Assembly: GCF_018350175.1 (NCBI RefSeq)
Contig: NC_058368.1
Span: forward strand, 80,540,001 to 80,604,000
Direction: 5' to 3'
Length of the DNA stretch: 64,000 bases
From: Felis catus
Taxonomy: Eukaryota
In this document: positions 1 to 12,920 of the stretch, piece by piece
Position numbering within the stretch: position 1 is the stretch's first letter
How the letters are laid out: each line of letters begins with the position of its first letter
Notes under the pieces: model-generated
Told to the model about the DNA's origin: nothing
Databases searched by the model: none
What the model saw: only the letters and a program-made list of their open reading frames with translations
Made by a program: the position numbers and the translations under genes

Positions 1-700
1 TCTCTCCTGGAGTATTCTCTCTCCTGGAATTGCTCTCTCTTCTGGAGTAGGCTCTCTCATGGAGTATCCCTCTCTCCTGGAGTAGTTGTCTGTCCTGGAA
101 TAGCCTTTCTCCTGGAGTATCCATCTGTCCTGGAGTATCCCTCTCTCCTAGAGTATCCTTCTCTTCCTGGAGTAGCTATCTCTTCTGGAGTAGCTGTCTC
201 TTCCAGAGTAGCCTCTTTCCTATAGTGTCCTCTGTCCTGGAGTATTCCTCTCCCCTGAAGTATCCTTTTTCCTGGAGTATCCCTCTCTCCTGGAGTAGCT
301 GTCTCTCCTGGACGAGCCTCTTTCTTGTAGTATCGTCTGTCCTGGAGTATCCCTTTCTCCTGGAGTATCCCTCTCTCCTGGACTATCCATTTCTTCTGGA
401 GGATCCTCTCTTCTGGGCTATCTCTCTATCCTGTAGTAGCCTCTCTCCTGGACTAGCCCTCTCTCCTGGAGTTTCTTCTCTCTTAGAGTAGCTCTCTCTG
501 CTGGAGTAGCCTCTCTCCTGTAGTATCTTCTCTCCTGGAGTATCCCTCTCTCCTGGAATAGCTTTCTCCCCTGAAGCAGCTCTCTTTCCTTTAGCACCCC
601 TCTTTCCTGGAGCATCCCTCTCTCCTGAGTTAGCCCTCTCTCCTGGAGTATCCTCTCTCCTGGATTACCTCCCCCCCTTCTTGGATTACCCTCTCTGCAG
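1..700. repeat. Degenerate 18-bp minisatellite (TGGAGTATCCCTCTCTCC)n, truncated by window start
   Basis: 18-nt periodicity visible directly; the spurious ORF shows 6-aa repeats (LLEYPF/LLEYPS/LLDYPF). Confidence 0.9.
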
Positions 701-915
701 GATGCTTCTTCTAAGTGTACAACAGCATGGCTCTAGAGCCCCTGTCCATTATTCCTGAGGCTCTCTGTAGAAGGTGGGCAACTAGCAGGTGATCTTGAGC
801 TTGGCTGTTTTGAATAGTTCTGAACAAGGACGATTTTCTTCACGTATGTTATGCAAATGAGCGGTTTGCTTCAGATTCCAACATAATTAACTCTCCACCC
901 CTTATGTTTCCAGAA

Positions 916-1063
916 CAGGGTGTCTAGAGGATTTTTGCCGGGTCTTTGACTGTCGTGGGGCTGTCCTGGGCACTGTGGGGTGCAGGCAGCACCGTGAGAC
1001 TAGTTTGGCAACAAAGGATGTCTCCAGGCACTGCCATGTGTTGCCCCTGGTTGAGGCCACTGC
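916..1063 (-). mobile_element. MER20-like hAT non-autonomous element
   Basis: GGGGCTGTCCTG...ATGTCTCCAG.CACTGCCA...GCCCCTGGTTGAG.CCACTG matches the recalled MER20 in reverse. Confidence 0.7.
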
Positions 1064-1358
1064 TCTGGAAGGAGCACTGCTTCTGGTAAATAAAGAAGCA
1101 TGAGGACCCACCTCTGCCTGGCTTGCACTCTGTTTTCAAAATCACCCTAATTCCATAGTATTTCTGTCTGTACGCACACACAACACACGGGATGCTACGT
1201 GTGTAGAGCCAGATGGAGCCCTGCTGACCATGTGTGTGGGAAATATATTCCAGGCTATCATGATAAAATGAGGTCACCATCATTTACTTACAGTGTTAAA
1301 AATGCAAGATTTTTCTGGCAAAAAGTTTTCTTGCAAATTTAAAACTCAGTGACTTCTT

Positions 1359-1584
1359 GGGGCTCCTGGGTGGCTCAGTTGGCTAAGTGTCCTGCTTTGG
1401 CTCAGGTCATGATCTCGCAGTCTGTGAGTTCGAGCCCCGCGTTGGGCTCTGTGCTGACAGCTCAGATCCTGGAGCCTGCTTCGGATTCTGTGTCTCCCTC
1501 TCTCTCTGCTCCTCCCCCGCTCACACTCTGTCTCTGTCAAAAATAAATAAACAGTAAAAAAGTAAAAAACACAAAACAAAAAAA
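1359..1584 (+). mobile_element. CAN-SINE (feline type) with TSD
   Basis: GGGGCTCCTGGGTGGCTCAG head, (CT)n and A-tail; TSD CTCAG(T/C)GACTTCTT on both sides. Confidence 0.93.
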
Positions 1585-3469
1585 CCTCAGCGACTTCTTT
1601 AAAAGCCCAGACAGACATCACTTAGTCTTGGTTTTAACTTGAAACGCAGCTGAAACAGTGACCCTTCCCTCGATTTAAAAAGAACGATTAAAGACAGGAC
1701 GTGTACGTGGTGTGATGGACGAGGACCTGCCCACACGTACTGACGTCTCTCGTGCGTGAGGCCCAGACTGGACAGAGAGAGAGGACCCTCCAGAGATGTC
1801 AGACTATAACCTTCCTTTCGGTGAAGCCTTTTCAATGTCTTATTCCGATAAACTTCCTCACGTGATCATGTAAAGGGCTTTGTGAAAAGCAACCTGTCTA
1901 CCCTAAAAGGCTTGCTCTGAACGTGGTTTCCACCTGGGGATATGGTCCTGGGTGGAATTTTATTGTCTTAATTGTTAGTTTACTGTATTTTCCCCTCCAG
2001 CCTTCATGTGTTGTTATCGATTCAAAAGGAGACGATAAAGGCTTGCGGACAGGGGTGCAAACTCAGTGGCTCTAAGGACCAGTGAGGTGAGATGAGGTGA
2101 GGTGGAAGGGCAGGGACTTAGGGACAGCTTTGGCGACAGTGGAATTTTCGCACATGTGCCGGCCCGGGATGGCCTGATGGCTCCATTTTTTTAGGACACG
2201 TCAGAAATCTATATCTTATGTGGACTCTTCCTATTCTAAATGTGTCCGACCAAACCAATTGAAAAGAGATTAAAAACACGCTGTCATTCAAACAAAACCT
2301 TGCCTGGGGCCGGTCTGAGTCGCGCCAGGTGTGTTGGCCCCATGTGTTTGGAGGAGACCTAAGTGCACTTTCTGTCGACGCCTGTCAGCAGCCCTCCAGA
2401 TGGAAACGCTCAGCATCCAGGTGTGGTGGCCTCCTGCCAAATCAGACTTCGGACGACCGCAAACTCCGCTCCTCTAAAGGGGACCGGTGCAGACCCCGCT
2501 TCTGGACAGGTCCCGACCCCCACGGCGCACCGTGCACTCCGCCCGGCTCCCCCGTTGGAGCTCACGGAGAGGCAGGCAGGCTTGAGTTTGCTTTAACTGC
2601 GGACTCAGGTCCACCTGTCTGCCCTGCAGATGGAGCTTCCGGGGATCTCTGCCACCAGCGGGGTCAGGGAGCGTACCCTCCACCAGAGCCTAGCGCTGTT
2701 GATCTGGTGCGACTGGAAATGGAAGCCTAACTCCAGGGCAGCCCCGGTTCCAGGCCTGAGGCGGAGGAAAGCTGCAGCCGGATGGACCTGCTGCGGGCTG
2801 ACCCCTTCTTAGTTTGGCTGCTTCCCGAGTTCCTCGCAAGAACTACAGCTTATTAGCTGATGTTGACATCACGCTTAAGTGATGATCGCATTCAAACTCA
2901 CACCTCGAGATCTTCAGAGAGGAAAGGAGTATACACAACACCCAGCAACCTGGAGCTGGTTCCTAACCTCGGCTGGTAGTTGGATGGGTTCTGATCACGT
3001 TGGTTGGTGCAGTGAGGACGTGTGGATGGGCCGGCACGGTGAGGACGACATCTGGACGGGCAGGTGCGGTGGGGACACGTGGACGGGCTCTCGGGTGAAG
3101 CGTCAGCAGGAGCCCTTTGGGCTCTTTGTGCAACATTTCTATAAGCTTGAACTTGCTTCAGAATCAAAGTGAAAATAGTCTTGGAACAAATCGAGGCCTC
3201 GGCGTGTGGCAGCGCCGTGCAGGAGAGCCGGCAGAGCGTCGGCCTGGCGCGCCGGGACTCGGCTTGCTCCACGGCTTGCTCGTAGTGTGCCTCTGGGCAA
3301 GTTCCTGAGCCCCCCGGAGGCCCCCCTTCACCCACATGCCTAAAGTAGGAATAACGTTAGCACCTTCCCACAGGGTTCTAGGAGGGTTAAGTGTGGTCAC
3401 TCACGTAACAGCTAAGCTCAGCGGTCGACACAGCAAACACGCGATAGACAAAGGCTGTGATGAACAGTG

Positions 3470-3848
3470 GTTAGTTTCCTGGGGTGGCTGTGCCAAGTAG
3501 CACATGCTGGGTGGCTTGCCGTCTGGAGGCCTGAAGCCCGAGGCCGGGTTGCTTCGTCCATGGCCTCCCTCCCGCCTCCCGTGTTGCTGGGCACCATTGG
3601 TCTCGTTGGCTTCCGCTGCCCCACCCGTGTTTTCCTCTTCACTCGGAGTTCTCCCCATGTCCTCGTCCCAACGTCCCCTTTTGGTCAGGCGCCGGTCACA
3701 CCGGCTTAGGCCCAGCCTGTTCCAGCACGACGTCGCCCTACCTGGTTCTATCTGCACTGGCCCTGCTCTTCTGCACAAGCTTCTGTTCTGAGGTCCTGGG
3801 GATCAGGACTTTAGTTGAGGGATCAGGGGGCACAATTCAGTCACAACA
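3470..3848. mobile_element. MLT1-type MaLR LTR remnant
   Basis: TTAGTTTCCT...CTGGGTGGCTT...TCTGGAGGC start and TTCTGAGGTCCTGGGG..AGGAC...GGGGCACAATTCA...AACA end. Confidence 0.65.
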
Positions 3849-4929
3849 AGCAGTGTGATTATAAGCCGCATGTAAGAGAAACCCAGTCCTTCTCCCTGGG
3901 TCAGTAACTCCAAGCGGTTCTTGCAGTGGTGATACTTGGTCATCAGTTGTTTGATTTCCTAAAAACATTTCACAAAGCACTCAAACAGGGCAGTTTGACC
4001 TTTCAACAAGACTAATTCAAATGATCTGTGTTTCGGAGAATTTGCAACACTCACTCCAGGTACCGGGAGATAGGAGACACTCTAGCTCACCATGAAAGTC
4101 TCACTACAGGTCACTGGCCTTGTGTCCCTGATCAAGACAGCAAACATGAATCTTATGGACAGATGGGTTCCTTTGGGCTCTATCACTGGAGTGGTTTGTT
4201 TCTGTCTAGTTTAGAGCAAGAGTAAATTCTAGGTGGGGTCTAAAAGAGTGAGGACAGCCGCTGGGTCTCTGTGATCTGGATGGTGCCATGTTCCTGGTGC
4301 AGGGGGCTGTGGGCACAGAGACTAGAGGCTTAGGATCCCCAGGAGCGATCGAGCATCTGGTTTGGCCGAGAGTTGGGAGTGTTGTCCAGGCCAAGGCACG
4401 GCCTCCTGGGCCCACACTTGCCTGTTTGACACCCTCCGTGCTGGATACAGATTCAGCCTCCAAATGTGAAGGTGCAGGGGAGGCCGACTCCCCAGATGCA
4501 TTTGCCCAAAGCGGGAGGTGTAAGCCAGTGGTTCTCAGCCCTGCCGGCAACCTGTGTGCCCAGGAATGTGTGTGTAAGCCCTTGTGTGTTCCTATGGCCT
4601 TTCATTTCAAGGTCACCAAAGAAAAAAAAAAAAGAGAGAGACTGTTCCCTACCTATTTCCCTTCACTAGCCTGTTGACAATCCCTGACATTTTTGCCCAA
4701 AGTGATTTCTTCTCTGGTTGAGCTGTCCCTATATTCCTGGAAAGCATTGCTCACCTGCTCCCCATCAAGCACTTACTGAGGTCTTGTTTGCACAGAGCAC
4801 AGTGACAGACGCCGACACAGATGATTAAATCACAGGCCTGCTTTTAATTAATGTATGGTCACCTACAGGACGTTACTCACAAGACTATGAACACAAAAGA
4901 GAACTACAGTAAATTCCATGAAAGAGGTG

Positions 4930-5560
4930 TGAGTAAAACAAAAGTTTACTCTCAGTATGTACACATTAACTAGCCGCATTGTAAATGATTTCCAATTTAA
5001 TTCCATTGTAGTCAGAGAACATACTTTTGTAAGAGTTGGATCTTTTGACATTTATTGAGAGTTACTTTATGTCCCAGCATGTGGTCTATCTTGGAGAACA
5101 TTCCCTGTGTACTTTACTTTTTTTTTAAGTTTATTTATTTGTTTTGAGGGGGGAAGGGGTAGAGAGAGAGAGGGAGAGAATCCCAAGCAGGCTCTGCACC
5201 GTCAGCACAGAGCCCGATGTGGGGCTCGACCCCGTGAACCGTGAGATCAAGACCTGAGCCGAGATCAAGAGTTGGACGCCCACTAACTGAGCCCCCCAGG
5301 CGCCCCTCCATGTGTACTTTAAATGAATGTGTATTTGGCAGTTGGTAGGTACAGGGTTCTACTCCAGTAAGGTCAAGGTGGCTAGTCGTGTTATTCCGAT
5401 CTTCTGTGTCCTCATGGATGAGTTGTCTAATGGGGCCACCAATTACTGAGAGAGGATGTGAGAATCTACAACCACAAAGGTGGATTCGTCTCCTTTTAAT
5501 TCCATCAATGTTTGTTTCATGGGTTTGGAACTAACACTGTCATACATTTTGCATCCCTGG
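4930..5560 (-). mobile_element. Old L1 remnant interrupted by a CAN-SINE (about 5115-5305, minus)
   Basis: T-rich L1 ORF2-like antisense sequence (AGAGAACATACTTT...TGTGGTCTATCTTGGAGAA) flanking a SINE; TGTGTACTTT repeated on both sides of the SINE. Confidence 0.7.
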
Positions 5561-5657
5561 TCGGGGCACATTGGGACTGAGGATGTCAGAGATGGGAGCG
5601 TGAGAAAGTCAGTGTAGCAGATGAACATCAGTGGGCACTCATCAAATTATATCCTCA

Positions 5658-5872
5658 AGGGGGCGCTCGGCGGGCTCAGTCAGGTGAGCGCCCCACTGCG
5701 GCTCAGGTCACGATCTCATGGTTCGTGGGTTCGAGCCCCACATCAGGGTCTGCACGGACGGTGGGGAGTCTGCCTGGGATTCTCTCTCTTCCTCTCTCTG
5801 TCCCTCCCCTGCTGGCATGCTCTCTCTCTCTCTCTCTCACTCTCTCAAAATCAATAAATAAGCTTAAAAAAT
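5658..5872 (+). mobile_element. CAN-SINE
   Basis: tRNA-derived head, (CT)n and AATAAA/A tail. Confidence 0.85.
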
Positions 5873-6289
5873 TATATATACTTAAATACGGTATATATAT
5901 GTAAATTACATGTTAGTAAAACTGACCAAATATGCATATGTATGAATGACTACAAGCCTGGTGTTTATCACATTTGGGAACTACAGCCAACAGCTATAAT
6001 ACTTTCAACTCACCATCATTAAGGAAGGGAAAAAGTGTTTTAATGGCTGTAAGCAAGGAACTGAGTTGTTCAAATCAGTAAATATACACACAAAATTAAG
6101 TCTTCTGGGACATACACGAGATCCCCCACCCCCAGCCCTGAGCACGCTGTCCACCCCCCCTACTGACACCGCCATTTACCGGCCGCCCAATTCCAACCTC
6201 CTTTCCTTCCTCTCCACGTCCAACCAACCGCTCGGTTCTGAAAACGTTGTTCCCTGAGAGGCCGTGCAGGGTACCGCTGACTCTCTCCC

Positions 6290-7350
6290 ACCCCTCTTGG
6301 CTTCCAGACCTAAACTGGGCTCGAGTCTCCAAGGGACCCGAGGGAACCAAGTGACCAGAAGGAGATGTGCCACTGCCAGAGGAGTGAATGGAATACACAG
6401 AAGAATATTGGTGGAAAAACCGTGTGGTTTTCCCCATGTATATGGACAGGAATTCAGGGACTATATGTGGACATGGCTATTAAGGGTATGGGATGGTGGT
6501 GGAAGGAACATAACGTCGGATCAGGTTGAATATATGGATATGGGCCTGCTAGGTGGGGATTGTTTGATGTCTTAGTTCGAGAGGTCAGCAGGGGCTTGTG
6601 TGGTTGGTTGGTGACGACGGACCACACAGTGACCTATACTTAATGAGGTCACAATGCCAGAACTGCCTTGGTGTGCTCTAGAAGGTGTCTGATGGCTTGG
6701 GGAGACTGGACCGTTAAGTGGCTTCACCGTGTAAGACCCGCTCGTCCTGCGGGCGTCACCGTGACCGGGGGAGATCGATTTGTGAAGGGGCACAGCCAGC
6801 TGGAGAGCCCCGACGTCGTTCTTGCGAAGGTCCGACCTCACTGGATTCTGGGGCTCGGGGCCACGTGGGGGCACTACACCACCAAAGGCAGAGTGGGTGC
6901 GGTCACCGTGGTGGACAGCAGAGTCAAGGCGGAAACCAGAACAGTCGGACCCCTGGGGTGTGGGCCGGCTGATCGCAGCGATCCCAACGTGGAACGGGAG
7001 GGAGGCCTCCTCGGTCTGAGTGAGCACAAGAGCTGCAGATCCATGAACGGAAGCCTAACCTGAATCCCGACACCAGAGTCACGGCCCCTCCGTCACTTCC
7101 CAGACTTGAACAGGTCTTCCCACGCTTGCCTGTTCACAGAACCCCTGGAACGAAGGGGACGCCGGGTCCCTCCCTGGTCCATGCCGGAAGTGTCTGCTGG
7201 CCACCCTCCTCCTGGCCTCCTCCCAGGGCGACCGTGTCCTGGGGAAAAGAAATAGACGCATCGGGGACTCGCGGCTCTGAGCTGACACCGATTCCGGGAG
7301 ACCCCGGACCTCACTGCGATCACCCATCAGGGAAGGGCTCATGAAGGTGG
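6290..7350 (+). mobile_element. Degraded ERV-L-type internal region (gag and protease remnants)
   Basis: YGQEFRDYMWTWLLRVWDGGGRNITSDQVEYMDMG resembles ERV-L/Fv1-like gag (W.W.LRVWDNGGRNI.LDQAEF.DMG). WGK...GSELTPIPGDP.PHC resembles ERV-L protease (DTGSELTLIPGDP). Multiple frameshifts and stops. Confidence 0.75.
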
Positions 7351-8420
7351 GCGGTCAGTGGGGCTTCGGCTCAGCTACCTCTCGGTGCGGGTCTGTGGCT
7401 GCACCCCTGGTCCCGGCTGCGAAGCCACCGCCAGCAGAGTCCGCAGCTACTCAGCCGGCAGCTGGGAGCGCCCCGCACGCCTACACGCACACGCCGGGGT
7501 GGAAGGTGACCCCGGAGCCTGCGATGCTCCTGAGAAGGACGGGCGCCCAGGGACCTGCTGCTGCTGGGCTCTGCCTGCGGCTGGAAGTGTCCTGGCTTTG
7601 GTTCTGCCTTGTCTTGCTGACCTTGGCGCCTTCCCTCACTGAGCGTCCCACATGTGGCGGGAGGGCTCCTGGCACCTCGGTGGCCCAGACTGTGGCGAGG
7701 CCACTCCGTGCTCAGCGTGGCGGCTGTCACAGCTGCTGCCCCTGCTGCCGCGTCTGTGGCTCAGCACCCTTTGTTCATATTTTAGGATTTGTCACCAAGT
7801 CCCCAAACGCCCCCGGTCAAATCAGGTCAGCATAGAACATTCGGTGCTCTTTCTCCACGATTCGCTGGGAAAGGTTCTGAGGCGATGACCTCGCTTGGAC
7901 CCTACTTTCCCTGTTTACTGGCTCCCTCTCTCTCTGCGTGGGGTGCCACCCAGTGCTCTCGGGTCCCGGTCTGCACGACAGTGACTCACCCCGCTTTGAG
8001 CTCCTCTCGTGCTGGCACCGGACTGAGACCGAGGTCATGTTCTCTAGCGTCATCGCCTCCTCTTGAAAGGAATAAACAGGTTTAAGCTGAAAGAAGGCAA
8101 GTTTAACAGTTTATTTATATTTCTTGCTTAGTCCATAAAATGGAAGCCATCACATTTTATCTCTTCACTTATCATGGGCATACTTTTCCAATCATCTATA
8201 ACTAGTTATAGACCTTCATTAGAAATCAAATATGAATTAACGTTTGGGGGTAATATCTCCAAGATGCTCTCAATCTTGCCGTCAAAACCAGTAAGCATCG
8301 GACCAACTCTCGTCTTACGATAAATTGAAACCTGGAAGAGGGTAACTTGTCTAAGATTATGTAAACCATGGTGTAAGACCATAAATTAGACCATTAATTA
8401 GATGTGACGTAAGACCATTA

Positions 8421-8449
8421 ATTTTTTTTACATTTATTAAATGTTTATT

Positions 8450-8483
<34 letters not shown>

Positions 8484-8632
8484 GGGAAGGGGCCGAGAGA
8501 GGGCAAGAAAGAATCCCACGCAGGCTCCACACTGTCAACGCAGAGCCCGACGTGGGGCTTGAACCCACAAACCATGAGATCATGACCCGAGCTGGAGTCA
8601 GACACTCAACCGACTGAGCCACCCAGGTGCCC
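8421..8632 (-). mobile_element. CAN-SINE
   Basis: polyT, (GA)n, ...GAGCCACCCAGGTGCCCC. Confidence 0.9.
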
Positions 8633-9153
8633 CATAATTTTTAAAGCACTCAGTTTACGTAGGAAATAAAGACAAATGCGCTGTGAGTAAAGTGAGCTCT
8701 GCACGGGCACAGGCCACATGGGTCTTGTCTGTCAGGATGCTCCCAGCTCTTGGCCCCATGCCTGACACACAGTAGGTGCTCAAGAAAGATTTGTTAAATT
8801 GCTACTTGAAGAGAGAAACAGCCCAGTCACCGCCTCAGCTGCTTTTGCGCATGTAAGAGTTGACTCTGTAAAATAGAAGATCATATGTCGTCCACAGGAA
8901 AATGCCAATTCATTGCCATAACTTGGTTGCATAAATAGAAGTATGAGGTGAGAAAATGCAAAGTACAGCAAGATGACCTGGAGCTCTTCGTATACGTCTT
9001 CCCTGCTTTGCTGTTTAAGACAGGAGTTTCTAAAAGGTCTTTAGCTTTTTGTCTTTGCTGGGAATAGAATTTAAACCTCAATATACATGGTGGGGGGGAA
9101 CCTGAACTCACTTTCCACACAAGATCCCGTAGGGTTTAAAAGGGAAGGACCGC

Positions 9154-9380
9154 GGGGTGCCTGGGGGGCTCGGTCGGTTAAGCGTCGGACTTCGGCTTGG
9201 GTCATGATCTCACAATTCGTGGGTTCGAGCCCTGCGTCAGGCTCTGTGCTGACAGCTTGGAGCCTGGAGGCTGCTTCGGGTTCTGTGTCTCCTTCTCTCT
9301 CTGCCCCTCCCCACTTGCACTCTGTCTCTCTCTGTCTCTCTGTCTTTCTCTCAAAAAGAAATAAACATTAAAAAAAATTT
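9154..9380 (+). mobile_element. CAN-SINE
   Basis: Head, (CT)n and tail; AAAGGGAAGGAC flanks both ends (TSD). Confidence 0.9.
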
Positions 9381-9409
9381 TTTTTAAAGGGAAGGACAGG
9401 GTTTCAGGA

Positions 9410-10790
9410 GTATGTTTGTGCCTGTGCCTGTCTGTGTACATGTGTGTATGTGTGTGGAGTGGGGGTGCTGAGGTGTGTGCCGGCATATGTGTGTGCACGT
9501 GTGTATATGTGTGTGTGTACGTGTGTGGAGTGGGGGTGCAGGGGGTATGTGGAGCATGCCTGTGTGTGCATGGGTCTTCATGCTGTACACATGCATGTAC
9601 ACATGCATAGTAGTGGGGGCGTGGGTGTGTGCACACGCGTGTCTGTGTTGGAGTAGGGGTGCTGGGTGTGTGCACACACGTGTGTGTACATGCGTGCGGA
9701 GAGGCTGAGCTCACGGGAGAAACTGGAGGGCATTGAGGGGAAGGGCCCAGAGCTGGGGCGGGGAGGTGGCGGGGCCGGGGAGTCACTGCTCTGGAGTTCT
9801 AAGTGCACAGTTGGCGTCCCGTCCCAGGCGGGTTCTGGCACCTGTTTGCAGAACTGGGGGAGAATGCAATTACACCCGGGCGCCCTCTGGTGTTTCCCTT
9901 TCTTCCAGACTCCAAGTTCACCCACTTAAGAGAAGTGCCCGCCGCCGGGAGGGGCCAACATGCCTGCTGTGGGCTGGCAGTGAGGCCAGGAGCGTCCTCT
10001 GTCCAGAACCTGCTCAGTGCAGGTGGGAGACACGCGGGGGGCGGGGGGTCAGTTTCTGCCACGGGCCATTCACCTGCTGGCCCTGCTAGCCAGGTGGGTT
10101 ACGTACCAGGCCACCGTCCTCTTCCTCCTAAGTAAGGGTGGCCTGAGCCCCTGTTGCTCAGCTCTAGGAACGTCTGACTCTCCTCTCAGGGCTCCTACTC
10201 CTGTGACGGCCCCAAACCTCTCTCCTACAGAGAGCCATGGATGGTCACCACCCGCCGGAGAGCCTGGTCACCAGCTGCCATGGCTCTGTCCCCCCCTGCA
10301 GGGATGCCCTGAAAGACCCGCCCCTGGTCCCGTCCACTCTGGCTGTCAACAAGGCCACCAGAACTGGCCATGAACAAGGCCACCGGAACTGGCTGCTGGC
10401 GTCAGAGGAGAGGGAAACAGGAGTCTCTCCCTGTGGCACCTCAGTTTCTGTGGCACAGGCTCACAGTGGTCCAGCTCCTTCCTCACGCTCCTGGGGGTTC
10501 CTGTGCACCCAGGCACACACACACTCAAACATACACCCACTCCCACACATGCACACACAAGCACACACTCTTATACACACATCCACTCCCGCACACGCAC
10601 ACATACATGCACCTTTTCACACATGCACCCACTCACACAGGTATACACTCTCACACATGCATTCCCCACCCCGCCCGCCACATGCACACAAACACATACA
10701 ACTGGAGGTACACTGTCATACAGGCACCCTCATCCACATGCACACACACATGCACACACATATGCATGCACACCCACACACACATGCCCA
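9410..10790. repeat. Two degenerate alternating purine-pyrimidine tracts: (TG)-rich 9410-9700 and (CA)-rich 10513-10790
   Basis: Imperfect TG/CA dinucleotide runs in opposite orientation about 800 bp apart. Confidence 0.85.
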
Positions 10791-11318
10791 TGACCCACAG
10801 GCCCCTGGGTTGTGCCCACAATGACAGGACAAAGGAGAAGCCAGAATCCAGATGTTGGAAGGACATCTGGCACGCCAGGGCCTTCTGAGAAGATGTGTGC
10901 AGGAGGAGCCACGTGTATCCTTCCAGAGACACCCCCCGCTGGCCTGTTTTGGGAATGGCCGCCCCTTCCTGGGAGCGCCTGTTTTGTACCGAGCATTACG
11001 AATGCAGAAGTGGATCCGGGATAGAGTGGGGTGCTGCCTGAGGCTCTGCCTCACACTGCACCCCTCTCAGGAGCTGTGCACTGAGACGGAGGGGTCCGGT
11101 CCCTGAGCACCCGGAGGGCTAACCGACGGACACATGGGGTACAGAGATGCTCGGAAACAAAGCCGCAGTCATCATGGCTGTGCCCGCTACGGGACCCAGT
11201 GATTACAGCTCCAGCCTCTTTCCCACTCTTCTACTGGACCAAACGCCCTCCGTAAGGCTGGTGAGCCAACAGGAGCGACGGAGCCGGCAACCCCTGACCT
11301 GAGGTCATTGATTCTGCC

Positions 11319-11353
11319 CTGCAGTTACTGCTGATGGCCAGTAGGGGGTGCTA
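11319..11353 (+). promoter_or_regulatory. Candidate CTCF site with upstream (U) motif
   Basis: Core TGGCCAGTAGGGGGTGCTA (11335-11353) is close to the consensus TGGCCACCAGGGGGCGCTA. It is preceded after a 6-nt spacer by CTGCAGTTAC, resembling the ZF9-11 upstream motif. Confidence 0.7.
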
Positions 11354-11429
11354 ACCAACAGCTTTATTACCGTTCTCATTGATGCCTCCACAAGTCCTAA
11401 GGTCTCAAATTTCAACTTACATATTTAAA

Positions 11430-11622
11430 AACATATGTATTTATTCATTTTGAGAGAGAGGGAGAACAAGAGGGGGAGGGGTAGAGAGACAGAGGGAGGG
11501 AGAGAATCTTAAGCAGGCTCCACACTCAGCACACAGCCCGTCCTGGGGCTCAATCTCACGGCCGTGAGGTCATGACCTGAGTCGAAATCAAGGGTCAGAT
11601 GCTTAACTGCGCCCCCAGGCAC
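11430..11622 (-). mobile_element. CAN-SINE followed by old L1 3' remnant (to about 12260)
   Basis: SINE motifs in reverse; downstream GGATTGCTGGGTCAT...CCAAAC.G.TTTC...TACATTCCC is L1 3'-end-like. Confidence 0.8.
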
Positions 11623-12763
11623 CTCTCTCTGTATATTTTTAAGTCCGCTTCTAAGCTGAAGCCTAGCCTAATTCACAAATCATAAATGTGCAGCTAGAAG
11701 AATTCTTACCACGGCAACATGTGTGTGGGACCACGCCCTGGGGCACAATCTAGAATATTCCCAGGAGATTCCCTCCTCCTCTTTCCAGTCCCTGACCCCT
11801 CAGAGGAAGTGCTCCCCCTGGCTTGTTCCGTCATGAGTTTGTCTTGCTGTTTTTAACGTTTACAGTATCCAGTTATACCCACGTGTCTGGATTCCCGGGC
11901 TCGATATTAGTTCACGAGATTGTTCGTGTTTGGCAGGAAGCACAGTACACGGGCAGTGCGTCACTGCCACATGGAGTCCCTCGGTAAACGTCTCGGACTC
12001 TTGCCAGGGGGCCTCGGGGTGGCTCCCCGCGCACGTCTATGACGACCGATGCGGTTTTGAACGTCCTCGTCCGCGTGTGTGGTGCACACGTGTGGGCACT
12101 TCTGATAGGTGCGTATTCAGAAGTGGGATTGCTGGGTCATGGGGCGTACACGGGGTGAGCTCTGGGAAATACCGCCAAACAGGTTTCTGGACAGTTGTAA
12201 CAACTTACATTCCCCTGGCCAAATGGGAGAGTTTCTGTCGCTTCACAACCTCACGTCATGTGATTGGCTAGCATTACCTTGTTTCTCCTTGTCTGAGGCA
12301 TTATGGTGCTTGGTGTTCAGGTTCTCAAGGGTAGTGCCAAACAGCATCACGTTAGCTAGATGCTGGGGGAAGAGGAGTAAAGGTACAAGGCCTGTGTGCA
12401 TTGCAAGCACTCAGGGGCGCACTTAGCGCGCAGATTGTTCTGATGGAAACAGATGCTTCTCGAGTTTGGGAGTCTCTTCTTGACGGATGAAAGGTGTCGT
12501 GGACAAAGTTCTTTGGTCTCGCACATCTCAAAGTCGTGGTACATTTAGACCGCTGCACCGAGTGATCTCCAGGCCCTAACCGCACGTCAGTGTTGGGACC
12601 ACAGAGGTAGCCTAAGCCCCCACGGCGGAGGTCACTCTTCCTGGGACCCGGGAAGTGCCTTCTCAAAGCTCTGCAACGTTTCCGTCCCGCCTCACCAGCC
12701 CAGGGGCGACCAGCGTGGTACCAACTGCAACATCTTTTCAATGCTGTTTGAAGATGAAATCAG

Positions 12764-12920
12764 TGGCGCCTGGGGGGCTCAGTCAGGTAAGCATCCGACT
12801 GTCGGTTTTGGCTCAGGTCATGACCTCATGGTTCGTGAGTTCAAGCCCCGCGTTGAGCTCTCTACTTGCTTGGGATTCTCTCTCTCTCTCTCTCTCAAAA
12901 TAAATAAACTTAAAAATATA
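12764..12920 (+). mobile_element. CAN-SINE (internally deleted)
   Basis: GGCGCCTGGGGGGCTCAGTC...GGGATTCTCTCTC...AAAATAAATAAAC. Confidence 0.85.

Noticed and set aside
1359..1450. tRNA-like A/B boxes at SINE heads
   Set aside because: These are tRNA-derived CAN-SINE heads, not tRNA genes.
9202..10888. His/Thr- or Cys/Val-rich ORFs (similar ones at 23948-24469 and 53187-53546)
   Set aside because: Translations of CA/TG/TA dinucleotide tracts.
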